The position numbers were made by a program, and so were the translations under genes. The notes beneath the pieces were generated by a model. It was not told the origin of the DNA. It made no database searches and saw nothing but the letters and a program-made list of their open reading frames with translations. Source: an uncultured Gemmatimonadaceae bacterium (GTDB lineage Bacteria > Gemmatimonadota > Gemmatimonadetes > Gemmatimonadales > Gemmatimonadaceae). From it: a stretch of DNA of 64,000 bases. This document shows positions 59,365-64,000 of the stretch, in pieces. Location of the stretch: positions 320,001 to 384,000 of the forward strand of contig CAVXGK010000002.1 in NCBI GenBank assembly GCA_963761305.1, in the 5' to 3' direction. Every line of letters begins with the position of its first letter. The stretch's first letter is position 1.

Positions 59365-59405
59365 ACGCGCGCGTCTCAGCGGGTTTCAAAACTCACCCCA
59401 TCGCG

Positions 59406-60104
59406 ATGACCAAGCGAAGGAAATGGACCGCCATTCCAGGGCTCTTCGCCCTGGCCGTGGGCGCCGTGATGCTCTCCGCGTACGCCGGCGCTTCGTCCTC
59501 GCAACACCGCACCGTCATCCAGCCGATCAACTTTCCGCACACCGTTCACGTGCAGAAGCTCGGCATCAACTGTCTCTACTGTCACAACGCGGCCAACAAG
59601 TCGATGGATCCGGGACTCCCTGCCGTCTCCACGTGCATGGGATGTCACAACGCCATCGGGCCTGATCGCCCCGCGAACGATCTTCACGGCAACAAGCCGT
59701 ACCACAGCGCGGAGCTCGACAAGCTCTATCACTACGCCGACACCAAGACGGTGTTCGCCGGAATGGGACCTAAAGCGATTCCGATTCCGTGGAACCGGGT
59801 CCACAAGCTGCCCGAGTACGTGCACTTCCCGCACACGCGCCACATCAACGCCGGCGTGACGTGCCAGACGTGCCACGGACAGATCCAGAACATGGAGCGC
59901 GTCTATCAGTTCTCGTCGCTCAACATGGGCTGGTGCGTGAGCTGTCACGTGAACGGCTACAGTCCGCAGGAGGGTCTCGAGGCGGCCGGCTACGCCCCGC
60001 AGCCGGGCGTCGGTGCCAACGCCGCCGCGAATGCCGCGGCGACCGCCGCCGTACCGGTCGAGCGCAAGAAAGCGCGCTACGACTGCGCCAACTGCCACTA
60101 CTGA
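59406..60104 (+). CDS. actA: Alternative complex III pentaheme cytochrome c subunit
   Basis: Five CxxCH (CLYCH, CMGCH, CQTCH, CVSCH, CANCH), QPINFPH, WNRVHKLPEYVHFPH. Confidence 0.9.
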   Translation: MTKRRKWTAIPGLFALAVGAVMLSAYAGASSSQHRTVIQPINFPHTVHVQKLGINCLYCHNAANKSMDPGLPAVSTCMGCHNAIGPDRPANDLHGNKPYHSAELDKLYHYADTKTVFAGMGPKAIPIPWNRVHKLPEYVHFPHTRHINAGVTCQTCHGQIQNMERVYQFSSLNMGWCVSCHVNGYSPQEGLEAAGYAPQPGVGANAAANAAATAAVPVERKKARYDCANCHY

Positions 60105-60105
60105 G

Positions 60106-63100
60106 ATGAGCAACGACACCAAGCCGCGCGCGCCCGGCGTCAAGCGCCGCGAGTTCCTCAAGGTCGTCGGCGCGTCGGGCGCGGCCCTCGCCGCCACGGG
60201 CTGCCTGCCCGAGGATACCGGAAAGCTCATTCCATATGTCGCATCGCCCGACCAGACGGTCCCGGGCGTGTCGACCTACTACGCCACGACGTGCCGCGAG
60301 TGCTCGGCCGGCTGCGGGCTCATCGCCGAGACGCGTGACGGGCGCGTCATCAAGCTGGAAGGGAATCCGGACCACCCGCTGAACCGCGGCGCGCTCTGCG
60401 CGCGGGGACAGTCGGCGCTCCAGGGTTTGTACAACCCCGATCGACTCCGTTCGCCGATGGTGAAGGAGAACGGCGCGTGGAAGGCGATCACATGGGACGA
60501 CGCGGTGACTCGCCTCAGTCAGGTGCTCGCCCAGAACAAGGGCACCGCGGCCAACGCGATCTTTCTCAACCAACACGAGAGCGGGATTTTCCCGCGCTTT
60601 CTCGACACGTGGCTCGCCGCGTACGGGATGCCGCCGCATCTCAGTGTCGACTTCGAGGCCGACAGCGCCGCGCTCGAGGCCAATCGCCGCACCTACGGCG
60701 TGGTGTGGCCGTCGCTCAGCTTCCAGGACGCGCGGCTGATCCTCTCGTTCGGCGCCGACTTCCTCGACGCCTGGGGCGCGAACGTTCCGCAGCAGCTCGA
60801 CTTCGCCGACGCGCGGGCCAAGCTCGCCGGCGCGCCGCGATTCGTCTACGTCGGCCCGCGGCGGTCGCTCACCGGCCTGAACGCCGACGAGTGGATCGCG
60901 TGCAAGCCGGGCGGTGAGCTGGCGATCGCCAACGCCCTCGCCAAGAAGACGACCATTCAGCAGGCGGCGACCGACAGCGGCGTCGACGCCGCGACGTTGC
61001 AGCGTCTCGCGGACGAGCTGGCGTCGTCCCAACGCGTTCTCGCGTTGGCCGGTACCACTGGCGCCGACGCGCTCGACGTCGCGCTGGCCGTGGCGGCGAT
61101 CAACGGCGCCAACGGTGCCGTCGGTACGACGATCCGTCCGGCCGATCCGATCACGTCGTTCGACGGCATCGCGTCGGACGATCACGTGCTGGCGGTCGTC
61201 GAGCGCATGCGCGCGGGCCAGGCGGGCGTCGTCTTCGTGCGCGGCGTGAATCCGGCCTACGTGCTGCCGAAGAACGTGAAGTTCGCCGAGGCATTCGCCA
61301 AGGCGGCGTACCGCGTGAGCTTCAGCAGCCAGCCCGACGAGACGACGGAGCTCTGCGATCTCGTCATTCCGGATTTGCATTCGCTCGAGTCGTGGGGCGA
61401 CGCCGAACCGGTGCGCGGCATCGTGTCGCTCGAGCAGCCGGCCATGGACGCCGTGTTCTCGGCGATCAAAGGCTCGACGGCCGACGCGCTCATCGCCGCG
61501 GCGAAGAAGGATCCGACAATCGGCGCCAAGTTCACGGCCCCGGATTTCCGGACGTGGTACATCGCGAATTTCCCGGGCGGTGCGCCGGCGCTGGCGGCCG
61601 CGCTTCCGAAAGGCATCGCGCAATTCTCGCGGCCACCGCGCGTACTGGCTCCGCCTGTTGCCGCGGGACCGAAGACGCCGCCGATCGCCGGCACGCAGGG
61701 CGACTTGTTCCTCGTCACGTACCAGTCGCCGCTCCTTGGCGACGGGCGTGGCGCGAACAAGCCGTGGCTTCAGGAGCTGCCCGATCCGGTCACCAAGATC
61801 TGCTGGAGCTCGTGGGTCGAGCTTCACCCGGAGACGGCGGAACGCCTCGGCATCGAGCGCGGCGACATCCTCGAGGTAAAGACGGCGAACGGCACGATCC
61901 GCGCTCCGGCATTCCCATATTTGGGAATTCACAAGGACGCGATCGCCATTCCGACGGGGCAGGGGCACCGCGCGACCGCGTCGATACCGAAGTTCGAGCC
62001 GAAGAGTCACGATCCGTCGCGCGTTCAATGGGGCTACGGCCGCTACGCGCGCGACCTCGGGGCCAACGTGATGGATCTGCTCCCCGTCGATACCGACGCG
62101 GCGGGCTCGCTCGTGATGACGTCGACCAAAGCATCGGTCTCGAAGACCGGCGATAACCGCATTCTGCCGAGCACCGAAGGGTCGGCGCGACAGCACGGCC
62201 GGGGGATCGCGCGCGCCGTCGACGCCGCCGATCTCAACAAGCCGTCGCCGGAGCGCGAGGTCATTCCGGGCGACGCGAGCCACGCGTTCCTGCCCGGGCT
62301 GCGCTCACCCGTGGCGGCCGACGCGCAGGGCGACCTCGGCGCGCCGACGGCCGCGGACCGCGGCAAGGAGAAAGGTCTCTATCGCCCGGACAACCCGCTC
62401 GGCATGACCAAGCGGCGTTGGGCGATGACGATCGACCTCGCGCGGTGCACGGGATGCTCGGCGTGCGTCACGGCGTGCTACGCCGAGAACAACATCCCGA
62501 CCGTCGGCGCGTACTGGCAGAACGCCACGTTCTGGGCCGACGAACGGCCGGGCTTCAACATCGAGCGCGGCCGCGAGATGAACTGGATTCGTCTCGAGCG
62601 CTACTTCGAGGGAAATCCCGACGGCAAGTTCGGCGAACCGTTCGAGACGCGATTCGTGCCGATGCTCTGCCAGCACTGCGGCAACGCGCCGTGCGAGCCT
62701 GTGTGTCCGGTGTACGCGACGTACCACTCGCCCGACGGCCTCAACGTGCAGGTCTACAATCGCTGCGTCGGTACGCGCTACTGCTCCAACAACTGTCCGT
62801 ACAAGGTGCGCTACTTCAACTGGTTCGGGTACGGCGAAGAGGACCGCAAGCAGTATGCGTTCCCCGAGCCGCTCAACTGGCAGCTCAACCCCGATGTGAC
62901 GGTGCGCGGCAAGGGCGTGATGGAGAAATGCTCGTTCTGCGTGCAGCGCATTCGCGAGACCGAAAATCGAGTCGCGCTCGAGCATCGTGAGATGCAGCCG
63001 GACGAATTCACGACGGCGTGCGCCGCGGCGTGCCCGTCGCGCGCGATCACGTTCGGCGACGTGGCCGATGCCAGGTGGGCGGTGGCGCAGCACGTCGACG

Positions 63101-63204
63101 ATGCACGCGCGTACCACGTGTTCGAGGAGCTCAACACCTTCAGCGCGGTGGTCTATCTGAAGAAGGTCAATCATCCGGCCGGCGCTGTTGCGCCGCGGGC
63201 ATAG
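60106..63204 (+). CDS. actB: Alternative complex III ActB (molybdopterin-oxidoreductase-like + Fe-S domain), Tat signal
   Basis: KRREFLK, IKLEGNPDHP, WLQELPDP, CTGCSACVTAC, CQHCGNAPCEPVCP, CVGTRYCSNNCP, GVMEKCSFC. Confidence 0.92.
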   Translation: MSNDTKPRAPGVKRREFLKVVGASGAALAATGCLPEDTGKLIPYVASPDQTVPGVSTYYATTCRECSAGCGLIAETRDGRVIKLEGNPDHPLNRGALCARGQSALQGLYNPDRLRSPMVKENGAWKAITWDDAVTRLSQVLAQNKGTAANAIFLNQHESGIFPRFLDTWLAAYGMPPHLSVDFEADSAALEANRRTYGVVWPSLSFQDARLILSFGADFLDAWGANVPQQLDFADARAKLAGAPRFVYVGPRRSLTGLNADEWIACKPGGELAIANALAKKTTIQQAATDSGVDAATLQRLADELASSQRVLALAGTTGADALDVALAVAAINGANGAVGTTIRPADPITSFDGIASDDHVLAVVERMRAGQAGVVFVRGVNPAYVLPKNVKFAEAFAKAAYRVSFSSQPDETTELCDLVIPDLHSLESWGDAEPVRGIVSLEQPAMDAVFSAIKGSTADALIAAAKKDPTIGAKFTAPDFRTWYIANFPGGAPALAAALPKGIAQFSRPPRVLAPPVAAGPKTPPIAGTQGDLFLVTYQSPLLGDGRGANKPWLQELPDPVTKICWSSWVELHPETAERLGIERGDILEVKTANGTIRAPAFPYLGIHKDAIAIPTGQGHRATASIPKFEPKSHDPSRVQWGYGRYARDLGANVMDLLPVDTDAAGSLVMTSTKASVSKTGDNRILPSTEGSARQHGRGIARAVDAADLNKPSPEREVIPGDASHAFLPGLRSPVAADAQGDLGAPTAADRGKEKGLYRPDNPLGMTKRRWAMTIDLARCTGCSACVTACYAENNIPTVGAYWQNATFWADERPGFNIERGREMNWIRLERYFEGNPDGKFGEPFETRFVPMLCQHCGNAPCEPVCPVYATYHSPDGLNVQVYNRCVGTRYCSNNCPYKVRYFNWFGYGEEDRKQYAFPEPLNWQLNPDVTVRGKGVMEKCSFCVQRIRETENRVALEHREMQPDEFTTACAAACPSRAITFGDVADARWAVAQHVDDARAYHVFEELNTFSAVVYLKKVNHPAGAVAPRA

Positions 63205-63213
63205 GGGCGCGCC

Positions 63214-64000
63214 ATGGCGACGACCCTGACCGGCCTTCCCGAAGCACCGCGACCCGGCGGACCGCGGCCGAACATTCCGTCGGCCGGCGTCCGATTCCCG
63301 GCGATCAAAGATTACGAACAGGTCGACCGCGAGATCGCCGGCACGCTCCAACCGACGCTCGGCTGGTTCGCGCTGCTCGGGGTCGCCGTTCTGTGCATGC
63401 TCACCGGCGCCGTGACGTGGACGTACCAGATCCACGAAGGCCTCGGAGCAGCCGGCTATCAGCCGCCGGTGATGTGGGGCGTCTACATCATCAGCTTCGT
63501 GTTCTGGGTGGGTATCGGACACGCCGGCACGCTGATCTCGGCGATTCTCTATCTCTTCCGTGCCGGCTTCCGCACGAGCATCTACCGCCTGTCGGAAGCG
63601 ATGACTGTGTTCGCCGTCATGACGGCCGGGTTGTTCCCGATTCTGCACCTCGGCCGGCCGTGGAAGTTCTTCTGGCTGATCGCCTACCCGAACTGGCGCC
63701 TCATCTGGCCGAATCCCAAGAGTCCGCTCGTCTGGGACGTGTTCGCGATCCTCACGTACCTCACGATCTCCAGCACCTTCCTCTACATCGGGCTGATTCC
63801 GGATATCGCGATCCTTCGCGATCGCGAGAAGAACCCGGTGCGGAAATCGATCTTCGCGATGCTCTCGCTCGGCTGGCGGAACTCGGACAGGGAGTGGCGC
63901 CACTTCACACGCGCCTATCTGTTTCTCGCCGCGTTCGCCACACCGCTCGTGCTCTCGGTGCACTCGGTCGTGTCGTTCGACTTCGCGATGGCGCTCACGC
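63214..64000 (+). CDS. actC: Alternative complex III ActC (NrfD/PsrC family), runs off the right edge
   Basis: Manual translation from ATG 63214: WGVYIISFVFWVGIGHAGTLISAIL, EAMTVFAV, HLGRPW, SPLVWD, PLVLSVHSVVSFDF. Confidence 0.92.
   Translation, partial: MATTLTGLPEAPRPGGPRPNIPSAGVRFPAIKDYEQVDREIAGTLQPTLGWFALLGVAVLCMLTGAVTWTYQIHEGLGAAGYQPPVMWGVYIISFVFWVGIGHAGTLISAILYLFRAGFRTSIYRLSEAMTVFAVMTAGLFPILHLGRPWKFFWLIAYPNWRLIWPNPKSPLVWDVFAILTYLTISSTFLYIGLIPDIAILRDREKNPVRKSIFAMLSLGWRNSDREWRHFTRAYLFLAAFATPLVLSVHSVVSFDFAMALT

Overview
High-GC bacterial window. Gene content suggests Gemmatimonadota (inference: SusC/SusD pairs, plug-only TonB proteins, Gly/Arg-rich secreted enzymes, alternative complex III). 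Left to right it holds: a partial fused 2-oxoacid dehydrogenase E1, divergent from the lower phenylacetate operon (paaG-H-I-J-Z) and a hybrid kinase; a secreted M20 amidohydrolase; about 990 bp without a credible CDS, dense in hairpins and with an 11-nt pseudoknot signature, followed by a basic Ala/Arg/Leu-rich hypothetical protein (the best candidate for an undescribed RNA+protein system); thrB-thrC; two convergent SusC/SusD pairs flanking two barrel-less TonB-plug proteins; dacB, an APC permease, amidohydrolases, an MBL-rhodanese fusion and an S9 peptidase; an ABC-2 exporter with pdxH and speA; three tandem paralogous lipoproteins, two with duplicated sigma-54-like promoters; sodA and dedA; a GH38 / Dpp-type ABC / heparinase II-III / TrmJ / aminotransferase / twin-amidohydrolase cluster with dppBC on the opposite strand; and the start of the alternative complex III operon (actA-actB-actC) behind a Rex/CRP-type palindrome. 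I saw no rRNA, tRNA, CRISPR array or recognisable transposase. All calls come from motif recognition by eye; no database search or folding program was run.
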